The notes under the pieces are model-generated. The model ran no database searches. It had not been told where the DNA came from and worked only from the letters and a program-made list of their open reading frames with translations. DNA of 64,000 bases, taken from an uncultured Thermoplasmatales archaeon. GTDB taxonomy: Archaea; Thermoplasmatota; E2; UBA202; DSCA01. The stretch's first letter is position 1. Every line of letters starts with the position of its first letter. The position numbers and the translations under genes are program-made. Shown here piece by piece: positions 50,307 to 60,394 of this stretch. The DNA lies in assembly GCA_964514975.1 (NCBI GenBank), contig CAZESS010000002.1:96059-160058 (forward strand). The letters run 5' to 3'.

Positions 50307-52004
50307 CTAGCGCGAGAAGCGTTTTTCCAGCTCCGCCACGCTCAGGGTGTTGATGACGTCGCCGGGCTCGAGCCAGCCCCGACGGGCGACCGCCACGCCG
50401 AGCTCATAGTAGCGGAGATGGTCGGCCCGGTGGGCGTCGGTGCCGATGGACAGCATCACGCCGTACTCTCTGGCACGCCGGGCATGTGCGTCGTTGAGGT
50501 CCAGGCGCTCCGGGTATGCGTTTATTTCCATGGCGACCTCGCTGTCGGCGGCGGCCTGGAACACCGCGTCCAGGTCAACGCTGATGGGCTCCCGTTTCTG
50601 GAGCCGCCGGCATGTCGGATGCGGGATGATGTCCACCGCGGGATGCTTTATAGCTTTGACGAGCCGGTCGGTCATATATGGCTCGTCCATCCGGAACGCG
50701 GAATGGATGCCCGCCAGGACTACATCCACCTGGTCGAGGATGTCGGGGCCGACGTCGAGGCTGCCGTCTTTCATGATGTTGGCTTCGACGCCGTGGAACA
50801 CATGGATGCCGTTGACTGTGTCGCGGGCGTCCTGTATCTCCTCTGCCTGCCCCGCGACCTCGTCGGCGTCCATCCCGCCGGCGATGCGCAGCGAGCCGAC
50901 ATGGTCGGTGATGGCGATGTACTCGTGGCCGATATCCAGAGCCGCCTCGACCATCTCGGCTATGGAGTTGGAGCCGTCGCTCCAGGCGGTATGCATCTGC
51001 AGGTCCCCATGGATGTCGTCGAGGTCGACGAGGTCGGGCAGCGTGCCATCCGTGGCCGCCTCGACTTCTCCCCGGTTTTCCCGAAGCTCCGGCGGAATCC
51101 AGGCAAGGCCGAGCGCCCCGTAGACCTCTTCCTCGGTCCCGCCGGCCACCCGGCTGTCGCCTTTGAAGAGGCCGTATTCGTTGAGCTTGTAACCCTGCCG
51201 GATGGCGCGCTTCCGCACCGCGATGTTGTGGTCCCGGCTGCCCGTGAAATACTGCAGCGCGGAGCCAAAGCTTGAGGTGTCGACGATGCGAAGGTCGACC
51301 TGGAGGCCGCCCTCCAGACGGACGGACGTCTTGGTGTCTCCCTGCACCAGTATTTTTTCGACGCGGTCCATGCCGGTGAAAATGTTCATGATATCGTCGC
51401 TGTCCGCCACGGCCAGTATGTCCAGGTCTCCGATGGTTTCCTTCCGCCGGCGGAGCGACCCTGCCACGGCTATCCGGCTGACATGCGGCTCGAGCACCGC
51501 GACGATGCCGTCGGCCTCGGGGAGCGCGAAGCCCAGCAGGAAGCGGTCGTGGCTCTGCCGGGCGAAGGCGATGCCGTCAAGGATGTTCCGCTCGGTTTTC
51601 GCGCCGAATCCCTCGATGTCGCGAATCTTTCCTGCCTCTGCGGCCTCCCCGAGGTCGTCCAGCGTGGTAATGCCCAGCTTTTCATAGAGGGTTTCGATGC
51701 GCTTGGGCCCGAGCCCCTCGACCGCGGACAGCTCCTGGATGTCGACCGGGGTTTCCTCCCGCAGCCGCTCCAGGGTTTCCACGGAGCCGGTTTCCAGGTA
51801 TTCCGTGATTTTTTCGGCGATGCTCTTGCCGACGCCGGAGATGTCCTGCAGCTTGCCCTGCTCATACAGCTCCTCGATGTCGGTGCCGAGCGATTCGATG
51901 TTCTGCGCCGCCCAACGGTAGGCACGGGGCTTGAAGTCGACGTCTTTCATCTCCAGCAGCTCCGCTATCTCGTACAGTATCCCTGCCATCTCACGGTTTT
52001 TCAT
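50307..52004 (-). CDS. polX: DNA polymerase X with PHP domain
   Basis: AGSLRRRKETIGDLDIL, QYFTGSRDHN, GDLQMHT, ITDH, IGTDAH. Confidence 0.95.
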   Translation of the reverse strand: MKNREMAGILYEIAELLEMKDVDFKPRAYRWAAQNIESLGTDIEELYEQGKLQDISGVGKSIAEKITEYLETGSVETLERLREETPVDIQELSAVEGLGPKRIETLYEKLGITTLDDLGEAAEAGKIRDIEGFGAKTERNILDGIAFARQSHDRFLLGFALPEADGIVAVLEPHVSRIAVAGSLRRRKETIGDLDILAVADSDDIMNIFTGMDRVEKILVQGDTKTSVRLEGGLQVDLRIVDTSSFGSALQYFTGSRDHNIAVRKRAIRQGYKLNEYGLFKGDSRVAGGTEEEVYGALGLAWIPPELRENRGEVEAATDGTLPDLVDLDDIHGDLQMHTAWSDGSNSIAEMVEAALDIGHEYIAITDHVGSLRIAGGMDADEVAGQAEEIQDARDTVNGIHVFHGVEANIMKDGSLDVGPDILDQVDVVLAGIHSAFRMDEPYMTDRLVKAIKHPAVDIIPHPTCRRLQKREPISVDLDAVFQAAADSEVAMEINAYPERLDLNDAHARRAREYGVMLSIGTDAHRADHLRYYELGVAVARRGWLEPGDVINTLSVAELEKRFSR

Positions 52005-52053
52005 AGCGCCACATGGAAAAACGGGGAGGGATTAAAAAAACGTTGCCATCCCG

Positions 52054-54409
52054 TTATTCGTGTATCTCGCCTTTTTCGACGATGTTTTTGATGACGGCCT
52101 CGATGCGCATGATGGCCTCGCGTGCAGCCGCTATCGTTCCGGTGTCGCCGTCGAGGATTTCCATGTGGAGCTCCAGGTATCCCTTGCAGATGGCGATGGG
52201 GTTAAGGAAGAAATGCGCCGCGTCGGCCTTGAACCGTTTTTCGAGCTCCAGGGCGCGTTCCACCGCGGCCATGGCGCGCTCCCGTTCCTGCTCGGCTTTT
52301 CGGCGCTCGGTGACATTGCGGAGGATGCCCATGACGAGGATGTCCTCGGCTGCGATGTCGACGGTGACGGCCTCCACTGTTTTGACCATGCCGCCTTTTG
52401 CGAGGATGCGGAACTCGTAGCGGCCGGGAAGGGTTTCGCCCCGTGCGCGTGCCTCGCCCCGCTCTCGTATCATGGCGACGTCGTCGGGATGGATGATATC
52501 CCAGAAGCTAAATGTGTCGCTGTGTATCTCGTCGGCGCTGTACCCGGTGAGCTCCTCGAAGGCCGGGTTGACATACTGGAAGCCCTGCTCCGGGTGAATG
52601 AGATAGATGGCGTCATGCGCGTTTTCGACCACGCACCGGTACTGCTGCTCGGCTTTTTTCCGCGCGGTGACGTCGAGGAGGGAGGCCACGCTTTTCGTGG
52701 TGCCCTCGATGACGTCTATGGTGAGCAGGATGTCTTTCACCTGGCCGTTTCGGTCGACGAACCGGAACTCGTACTGGGTGGGCGCGCTGCCCCCGTTTTT
52801 CCGCCTGTTGTCATGGTAGCGCTTCATGCGCTCCAGGTCCTCGTCGACGACGAAATCCGTCCAGCTCATCTATCTCTCGATGTCCTCCCGCGGGAAGCCG
52901 CTGAGCTTTTCGAACTGTCTGTTGACCCGCGACAGCGTGGTGTCCTCCTCGATGATGCAGGTGGCCGCTCCGGTGTTCTCGAAGACGGTGCGGTAGTATT
53001 CCTCGGCCCGCTTGCGCCCGGTTATGTCCTGCATGAAGCCGTCGATTCGTGTGATGTCGCCGCTGTCGTCGAGCGAGGGCGTCGCGGTATCCCTGACCCA
53101 TCTGACGTCGCCGTCCCGTGTGATGATGCGGTATTCGACGTCGAGCTTGGTTTTGCTGCAGCGGTGTTCCCGCATGGTTTTCCATACAAATGCCCTGTCA
53201 TCGGGATGGATGACGGATGACCACAGCTCCGGGTTGTCCATGAAATCCTCCGCCGCATATCCGGTGAGGTCGCGTGCTCTGCCGGAGATAAAAAGGTTCG
53301 TTGAATGCTCGTCGGGCAGCGCCGAGTAGACGAGCACGGGGATGTTTTCGCTGGTGAGCCGGTATTTTTCCTCGCTCCGGCGGAGCTCCTCGACCGCCCG
53401 TTCATGCTGCTCAGCAAGCTCGAGGCTGTAGAGCGCAAACGAGACATCGGCGACGACCTCCCGGAGAAGGCCGAGTTCCTCAGGGTCCTCCGTCCTGTCC
53501 GCGGGCAGAGAGACCGAGAAGACGCCGTAGCATGTCTCCATGTGGGTGAGCGAGGTGACGAAGACGCCGTATCGTCCGTCATCCTCAACATAGGGGCAGC
53601 CCGTGCATTCCACAGCAGCCTCCCGGATAACCACCGGTTCCCTGCAGGTCAGCACGCGGCGGACACATGCAGGCGGGTTTCCCCGACGCCAGCCGTCGAC
53701 CAGCCGTGAAAACATGCCCTCCGGACCGGCGAAGGCAGTGTCGACGACGGTGCCATCCCCGTCGGTCAGCACGAGACGGGCGCTAGTATATCCCTGGTCG
53801 GCAATCAGTCGCTCGCAGACGCCCTGTATCAGTCGCTCCCGGTCGGTCTCCCGGACGATGAGATGGTTGACGTATCGGATGGCATGGAACACCTTGGTCA
53901 GATGCCGGGCTCGCTCCATCGCTTTTTTTCCGCGCGGAGATGTCAACAAGCGACAGCATCCCGCCGATGACGTTTCCGTTTTCTGACATGACGGGCGAGG
54001 CACATACCTCGACGGGCAGGAAAGCGCCATCGCGACGGCGGAGGACGCATTCCTTCATTCCCCGTTTTCCCCTGGCAAGGCCGTCCATCAGCTGTGCCAG
54101 CTCGTCACAGGCAAACAAAACGGCGGCCGGGCTGCCGACGAGGCTGCTCTCACGTCCATAGCCCAGCATGTCGCGGAGCGCCTCGTTGGCATTGATGACA
54201 CGTCCCTGCCGGTCGGTCAGCGCGACGCCGTTGACCGAGGATGAGAGCGCGGCATGAAAAAACCGGAGCTCGTCCATTTCGTTCCTGACGTGTTCGAGCT
54301 CCTTGACGCGCTGCCTGAGCTCCGCTATCTCAGCTTCGCTGTCCCCGCCGCCTGCTCTCTTGCGTATCATGGCAGCTGCTCGCGTGTTCCCGCCGTGGCA
54401 GGAGACCAT
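52054..54409 (-). pseudogene. PAS-GAF-PAS-PAS-PAS sensor ending in a HisKA-like helix pair without ATPase domain; frameshift at T7 53923-53929 and in-frame TAG at 52870-52872
   Basis: Repeated PAS/PAC motifs (IHPDD, DITGRKRAEE), GAF segment, C-terminal DAAHFFLNPIAICKGYL. Confidence 0.8.
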
Positions 54410-54465
54410 ACTATAGCGTTCACAGGTGTTTAATGGTTTCCGAGCCGCGTTTATATAATCATTGA

Positions 54466-56505
54466 TTACTGTTCGCTCAGGAGTTTCTCAAACGCATCCT
54501 CGTCGATGACCTCGACGTCGAGCTCCCTTGCTTTGTCGAGCTTCGATCCAGGGTCGGCGCCGACGACGACGTAGTCAACCCTGCTGCTCACGCCGGATGC
54601 GACGCGGCCCCCCTCCCGTTCGACAAGTTCCTTGGCCTCGCCCCGGGTATAGCTTTCAAGGGCGCCGGTGAACACGAACGTCAGCCCGTCGAGGGCGCCC
54701 GACGGCGCCTCGTATTCCACCGTGACACCATGCCTCCGGAGCCGCATGATTTCCTCAAGGTTGCGTTCCTCATCGAAGAAATCAACAACGCTCCGCGCTA
54801 TCTCGGGGCCGACCTCGCGGATGTCATGGAGCTGCTCCTCGTCGGCATCCATCAGCGCGTCCATGCTCCCAAAATGCTCCGCCAAAACATGCGCCATGTG
54901 CCGCCCGACATGCGGGATGCCCAGCCCATAGATGACACGGTCCAGCGGCTGCTCCGTGCTGCTCTGGATGGCCTCGACGAGGTTGTCGGCGGATGTTTCG
55001 GCGAACCGGGGCAGCCCGGTCAGGTCGTCCTTGCTGAGCCGATACAAATCGCTGACCCGTTCGACCAGGCCCTCGTCAACGAGCAATGCAACGGTCTGCT
55101 CGCCCAGCCCGTCGATGTCCAGCGCTCCCTTCGAGCCAAAATGCTCGATGCTTTTTTTGAGCTGCGCGGGACAGCTCAGCCCGCCCGAGCAGCGGTAGTA
55201 GGCCCCGTCCTCGACCACGGTGCTCCCGCACACCGGACACTCGTCGGGCATCACGAACTCCTCCTCGTCGCCGCTCCGCCGCTCCTCGACGGGCTCGAGC
55301 ACCTCGGGGATGACATCGCCCGCCCGGACGACCTTCACCCAGTCGCCGATGAGGATGTCGTTTTCCCGCACATAATCCAGGTTGTGGAGGCTCGCCCTTG
55401 AGACGGTGACACCCTGCACGTCAACCGGCCTGAGCAGCGCGAGCGGGGTGAGAATGCCCGTCCGGCCGACCTGGACGGTGATGTCCCGTATCCGGGTTTC
55501 CTCCCGCCGTGGCGGAAACTTGTAGGCGACGGCCCACCGGGGGCTCCGGGTCTTCGTGCCCATCTGCTCCTGAAAGTCAAAGCGGTTCAGTTTGATGACA
55601 ACGCCGTCTATCTCGTAGTCGAGCTGCTCCCGCTGTCCCTCCATTCCGTCATGATACTCGATGAGCCCCTCGATGCTGGAATGCTGCTCAACGAGGGGGT
55701 TGGTTTTCAGGCCGAGCCGTTCGAGGAGTTCAAGCGCCTCGCTCTGTGTGGCAACGTCCAACTCCTCGTAGTTCATGACCTCATAGAAAAAAATGTCCAG
55801 GGGGCGCTCCGCCGTCTTGTTCGAGTCGAGCAATCGCAGGGAGCCGGCGGCCGCATTGCGCGGATTGGCCATCGGGTCCTTTCCCTGCTGTATCAGCTCC
55901 TTGTTATATTGCTCGAAGGCGTCGATGTGCATGATGACCTCGCCGCGGACCGCCAGCATCTCCGGCATCTCCCCGTCATCGGTGCGCAGCCGGAGCGGGA
56001 CGGCACGGATGGTCTTGATGTTGTTGCTGACATCTTCGCCGTTGACACCGTCGCCGCGGGTTGCACCGCGCTCGTAGGAGCCGTTGCGATAGATGATCTC
56101 GACGCTGAGGCCGTCCAGCTTGGGCTCCACCGCGTACTCCACTGTGTCGATATCGAGCTCTCGCAGCACGCGGTTGTGGAACGCCCGGACCTCTTGCTCG
56201 TCGGCGGTGTCGAGCGAGAGCATCGGCTTCACATGTTCGACAGTCGGGAACTCGTCGGCGGGCGGAGCGCCGACCCGCTGTGTCGGCGAGTCCTGGGTAA
56301 CCATGTCCGGCCATTCGTTTTCGAGCAGCTCCAGCTTTTTGACCAGGCGGTCGTATTCTGCATCGGATATCTCTGGCTCGTTTTTGACGTAGTAGAGGTA
56401 GTTGTGGTGGCGTATCTCGTCGCGGAGCCCCTCGATTTTTTCTGCCGCCTCCTGCTCAGAGAGGCTGTGGAGCTGTTTTTTTTCGTCTTCCGACAGCTGG
56501 ACCAT
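54466..56505 (-). CDS. ligA: NAD-dependent DNA ligase
   Basis: HNYLYY, EPKLDG, TRGDG, NPRNAAAGSLR, PRWAVAYKF, QVGRTG, CPVC Zn finger, BRCT domain. Confidence 0.96.
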   Translation of the reverse strand: MVQLSEDEKKQLHSLSEQEAAEKIEGLRDEIRHHNYLYYVKNEPEISDAEYDRLVKKLELLENEWPDMVTQDSPTQRVGAPPADEFPTVEHVKPMLSLDTADEQEVRAFHNRVLRELDIDTVEYAVEPKLDGLSVEIIYRNGSYERGATRGDGVNGEDVSNNIKTIRAVPLRLRTDDGEMPEMLAVRGEVIMHIDAFEQYNKELIQQGKDPMANPRNAAAGSLRLLDSNKTAERPLDIFFYEVMNYEELDVATQSEALELLERLGLKTNPLVEQHSSIEGLIEYHDGMEGQREQLDYEIDGVVIKLNRFDFQEQMGTKTRSPRWAVAYKFPPRREETRIRDITVQVGRTGILTPLALLRPVDVQGVTVSRASLHNLDYVRENDILIGDWVKVVRAGDVIPEVLEPVEERRSGDEEEFVMPDECPVCGSTVVEDGAYYRCSGGLSCPAQLKKSIEHFGSKGALDIDGLGEQTVALLVDEGLVERVSDLYRLSKDDLTGLPRFAETSADNLVEAIQSSTEQPLDRVIYGLGIPHVGRHMAHVLAEHFGSMDALMDADEEQLHDIREVGPEIARSVVDFFDEERNLEEIMRLRRHGVTVEYEAPSGALDGLTFVFTGALESYTRGEAKELVEREGGRVASGVSSRVDYVVVGADPGSKLDKARELDVEVIDEDAFEKLLSEQ

Positions 56506-56571
56506 GGTGGCACACAAAACCGGAATTTGCATAAAAATGTTGGCGAAAAAAAGAAAGAGAGAAAAAGGTGG

Positions 56572-56763
56572 TTACATGTGGCTTCGGAGCAGTTTTTCGA
56601 GGTCCTCGATGTGCTGTTCCTTGTCCTTTTCCAGCTTGTCCCAGAACCGGCGGCATTCGTCGCAGTCGCAGGCGTCCTCCTTGTAGTGGTTTTTTATCTG
56701 CCAGAGGCTTTTGCTCTCCTCGACGAGCTGCTCCATCAGGTTGTAGACATCATTATCTAGCAC
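56572..56763 (-). CDS. Small ferritin-like helical protein
   Basis: YNLMEQLVEESKSLW...Y.ED...CRRFWDKL..DKEQH; GGAGGTG RBS upstream. Confidence 0.7.
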   Translation of the reverse strand: MLDNDVYNLMEQLVEESKSLWQIKNHYKEDACDCDECRRFWDKLEKDKEQHIEDLEKLLRSHM

Positions 56764-56852
56764 GGTTTTTCACCTCCTACACTACAATGAAGTTAACAAT
56801 TATAAACCTTTTGCTCGCAATAGGTTTAAATAAACTTCTGTATTCCCTTGTC

Positions 56853-58058
56853 ATGCCAGACACGAGCTCAGAAGTCATAGAAAATTTTGTGACAATGTAT
56901 CCACCCCCAACAGAAAAAGCATACAGGATACACGTATGGAATTTTTTTACAGCAATCGGTAAAGAACCAGAAACATATTTTGATGGAAACCCGGACGTCA
57001 AGCACGACCTTGCCACATTTTTGAAGCACCTGCAGGACGAGGGACGCCCCGGAACAAGCATCAGAACCACGTTGCACGCCGTTAAATCGTTTCTCGTGGA
57101 CTACGAGCATGAACCCTCACGAAAGACATGGAAACGCCTCATGCGGCGAATACAGGGCACACGGCCAGCCACCAAGACCGACGTACCGAAACCACACCAG
57201 CTCAAAGAAATACTCGAACACGGCGACCTCAAAGCACGCGCATTCTACCTCATGCTCAGCAGCTCCGGCATGCGCATCGGCGAAGCACTCCAATTACAAC
57301 TCGACGACATAGACCTCAAATCAGAGCCAACAAAAATAATGCTCCGCAGCGAATACACCAAGACCAGCAACCCACGCATAACATTCATATCAAACGAGGC
57401 AACAGAAGCACTCAAAGTATGGCTCAGACAACGAGACGACTACCTGAAACGAGCAGCCAAAAAAACCAACTTCAAACACAAAAAAGAACTCAACGACCCA
57501 CGCCTATTCCCATTCTCAGACGGCATGATACGAGTAGCATGGAACACAATGCTCAAAAAAGCAGGATACGACGACAAAGACCCCACAACCGGCAGACGCA
57601 AAATAACACCACACGCACTCCGAAAATACTTCCGCACCTACATGAGCACCGAGGTCAGCGAAGACATCGTCGAAACACTCATGGGCCACGAAAAACAACT
57701 CCGACGCATATACGCCAAACACGACGACAACTACCTCGCCCAAGAATACCGAAAAGGAGAACAAAAAATCATCGTCTTCCAAACACCACTCGACCCCAAC
57801 AAAATCAACAAAAAACTCAACAACGTCAAACTCGAAAACTACGAACTACGCAAAGACCTCAACCGAGTCCTCGACCTCCTCGAACAAGAAACCCAACCCA
57901 AACACGGCATACCACCATTCTTCAGACACCCAGACGGCACATGGGAACGAGCCACATTCAACCGAGAACTCGGCGGACTACAACTCACCGGAGACAAATA
58001 CACCGAAGAAGAATACAACCAACTCGTCACCGAAGCAATCAGCAGCCACCAACGCTAA
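56853..58058 (+). CDS. Tyrosine recombinase/integrase
   Basis: SGMRIGE, TKT, HALRKYF, LMGH, IY. Confidence 0.92.
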   Translation: MPDTSSEVIENFVTMYPPPTEKAYRIHVWNFFTAIGKEPETYFDGNPDVKHDLATFLKHLQDEGRPGTSIRTTLHAVKSFLVDYEHEPSRKTWKRLMRRIQGTRPATKTDVPKPHQLKEILEHGDLKARAFYLMLSSSGMRIGEALQLQLDDIDLKSEPTKIMLRSEYTKTSNPRITFISNEATEALKVWLRQRDDYLKRAAKKTNFKHKKELNDPRLFPFSDGMIRVAWNTMLKKAGYDDKDPTTGRRKITPHALRKYFRTYMSTEVSEDIVETLMGHEKQLRRIYAKHDDNYLAQEYRKGEQKIIVFQTPLDPNKINKKLNNVKLENYELRKDLNRVLDLLEQETQPKHGIPPFFRHPDGTWERATFNRELGGLQLTGDKYTEEEYNQLVTEAISSHQR

Positions 58059-58073
58059 ACCACAACCACCCCT

Positions 58074-58271
58074 CTACCTCTTTCTTTTAACAATCACCCT
58101 ACGCCGTAGCTCTTCCCGACGCCTCTTATCATCCAGCCGGGACTGAAATAAAAACGCATCCAATATCGCATTAATCGCCTCCGAGCGAGACATCTGCAAA
58201 TCCCAGCACTCCGCAACCAACGCATCCAACCGCTCAACAACATCCAAATCCAAGTCAACACCCGTCTTCAT
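58074..58271 (-). CDS. Ribbon-helix-helix DNA-binding protein
   Basis: MKTGVDLDLDVVERLDALV....MSRSEAINAIL. Confidence 0.7.
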   Translation of the reverse strand: MKTGVDLDLDVVERLDALVAECWDLQMSRSEAINAILDAFLFQSRLDDKRRREELRRRVIVKRKR

Positions 58272-58399
58272 TTTTCCAGCCATACTATCAACCTGTCGTT
58301 ACCCAGTAACGGAAACAGAGAAACACTACATAACAATTTCCATCACCCAAAAACCAACAAAAACGAGCAAAAAACGGGCCGAAAAAGCACCTTCAAAAC

Positions 58400-58805
58400 A
58401 CCCCTCTCGCCTCTATAAATCTGCAAAGTATCTTGAGAATATCTTGTAACGGCGAGAAGAAACACGCGCTCACGCGCGCGAGAGGGCAGCAAAGCCAAAT
58501 TTCGCTCGTGATCGAAATATGGCAATATGCCATACAAGCACGGACGGGACGCTTGTTAAGCGTCCGTCAAAACATTCCGTGAGCGGATACAGCACGCCGT
58601 TTGGCGTGCGATACCGCGTCGTCATGCCCACGCTGCGAGTATGCTTTACGGCCTTTGGTCTGGCAATTGCCCTGACCTACGGTCCGTAAATTTACCTCAC
58701 AGACGTGCCCAGCCACTCCATGACGGCACTCTGCAAGCTTCCGGGATAGGGGGGCGTCGGCACAGATTGCCCCAGCAATCGCTCGCCTAACGGCGAGGCC
58801 GACAG
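58400..58805. other. Highly structured non-coding segment (candidate ncRNA or single-strand origin)
   Basis: About ten consecutive stem-loops; no convincing ORF. Confidence 0.6.
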
Positions 58806-59031
58806 AAGTATCAATCGTTTATCTATTTTTACAATTTGTTGGTATTCAATTAAGCCAGTACTTCGGAATGTGGAGGAAAAGATGGTAAAAGCTGCGGTTA
58901 AGACACATTCAGCACGTTCTTCGCCTCCTATAGCGCCATCATATACCTCCAAAAAATAGCTAATAAATTATTACTTTCCGAACTACTGTTAAGCTATGTA
59001 ACGTTTAAATATCAGTAGATAATAATGAATC

Positions 59032-59517
59032 ATGCCCAGTAAGATACAAATAAAGGTCGGACACGTTGAAATACTTTTTGAAGGAGAAGAGGAATTTATC
59101 GAAAATAAACTTCTTGATTTTGTTGGTGATATAAAAGAAATTTTTGACATTGAAGAATTGAAACAACCGCCCACTTCAACAACTGAGCCAATGCAAGAAA
59201 CACCAACTATGAAACCGCCCAAATTAACTGTTAATTCAGTTGCTTCAAGATTAGGCGGAGTTGAAGAAGGTGGAGATATAGTTTTAGCGTCAGCAGTAAA
59301 GCTACAAATTATTGATGGGAAGGATAAATTTACTAGAAAAGAAATTCTTGAGGAGATGAAAAAGGCCACTAACTATTATAAACAGAGCTACGGTAGTAAC
59401 CTATCTCACTACCTGCAGCAATTGGTAAAGAATAATAAGCTTAATGAAATCGGAAAAGAGGTTTATGCATTAAGAGCGGGCGCAATTAAGGAATTGAGAA
59501 ATGCACTCACTAAGTAA
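59032..59517 (+). CDS. Hypothetical protein with putative C-terminal wHTH
   Basis: FTRKEILEEMK...NLSHYLQQLVKNNKLNEIGKEVYAL. Confidence 0.7.
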   Translation: MPSKIQIKVGHVEILFEGEEEFIENKLLDFVGDIKEIFDIEELKQPPTSTTEPMQETPTMKPPKLTVNSVASRLGGVEEGGDIVLASAVKLQIIDGKDKFTRKEILEEMKKATNYYKQSYGSNLSHYLQQLVKNNKLNEIGKEVYALRAGAIKELRNALTK

Positions 59518-60271
59518 AGGCGACTTAAAAAAACTTCTGCTCCAGCCCGGATTATCTAAAACTGATAGGATACTCTTAATTCTATCATACAACGATTGCC
59601 CAAAAACCGCCACTCAAGTCAGGAATATAGCTCGAGAAGCTTCTTGCTGGGAGATATCTGAGGACAAGAATGTGGGTGCACTTTTAAGTATGTCAAAAGC
59701 TACTATAAAAACACCAAAAGGATGGGCTCTCACCTCAACTGGGAAAGCTGATGTCTCAGATATGATAGAATCTGTGGGTGCAGATATATTACAACAAAAA
59801 CCAGATAGAATTTCGGAGGTCGAAGATAGCCTCCGGCAACATGCCAAAAAAATCAATGATGATAGAATTGCTGCCTTTGTTGAGGAAGCTATATCATGTT
59901 TCGAGCACTGTAATTATAGAGCAGCTGTCGTATTGTCTTGGGTAGGGACAATTGGACTCTTACACAAAATCGTTGCTGATAATCACCTCCAAGAATTTAA
60001 CTCAGAGGTCATTCGGATAAATTCAAAATGGAAAAAAGCAAAAAATCCAGATGATTTGAGCCGAATGAAAGAGAGTGATTTCTTAGATATATTGCCAAAA
60101 TTATCTATCATCGGTAAAAATGTGAAGAATGAGCTCAAAGGATGTCTCCGATTAAGAAATTCTTGTGGTCATCCTAATTCATTACAAATAAGAGAAAATC
60201 AAGCTGCTGCTCATTTGGAGAATTTGATACTAAATGTATTCGAGCCGATTAGTTCTGGAAAAATAAAATAA
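59501..60271 (+). CDS. wHTH + HEPN-like protein
   Basis: GWALTSTG wing; FVEEAISCF....YRAAVVLSW; LRNSCGHPN (RxxxxH). Confidence 0.7.
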   Translation: MHSLSKGDLKKLLLQPGLSKTDRILLILSYNDCPKTATQVRNIAREASCWEISEDKNVGALLSMSKATIKTPKGWALTSTGKADVSDMIESVGADILQQKPDRISEVEDSLRQHAKKINDDRIAAFVEEAISCFEHCNYRAAVVLSWVGTIGLLHKIVADNHLQEFNSEVIRINSKWKKAKNPDDLSRMKESDFLDILPKLSIIGKNVKNELKGCLRLRNSCGHPNSLQIRENQAAAHLENLILNVFEPISSGKIK

Positions 60272-60394
60272 TTTATTTCCTTGAAAAAGCAAGCCATTAG
60301 AAATATTTAAACAATTAAATACAGTCCACAGTCTATTAACGAGAATGCCCAAAGTTAATATTCAGTCAGCTGTTTCATTAAATGGGAGATAAAA

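Noticed and set aside
113-53929. Frameshifts at 113-118, 23154-23159, 25253-25260, 34323-34328 and 53923-53929 as programmed or phase-variable switches
   Set aside because: All are single-base length changes in 6-8 nt homopolymers in unrelated genes, the usual signature of sequencing error; reads are needed to say more
57128-58090. 320-aa overlapping Thr/Arg/Gln-rich ORF
   Set aside because: By-product of T depletion (few stop codons) on the skewed integrase strand
58400-58830. Retron msr-msd, group II intron or hammerhead ribozyme
   Set aside because: No reverse transcriptase in the window and no CTGANGA/GAAA core or domain V recognised
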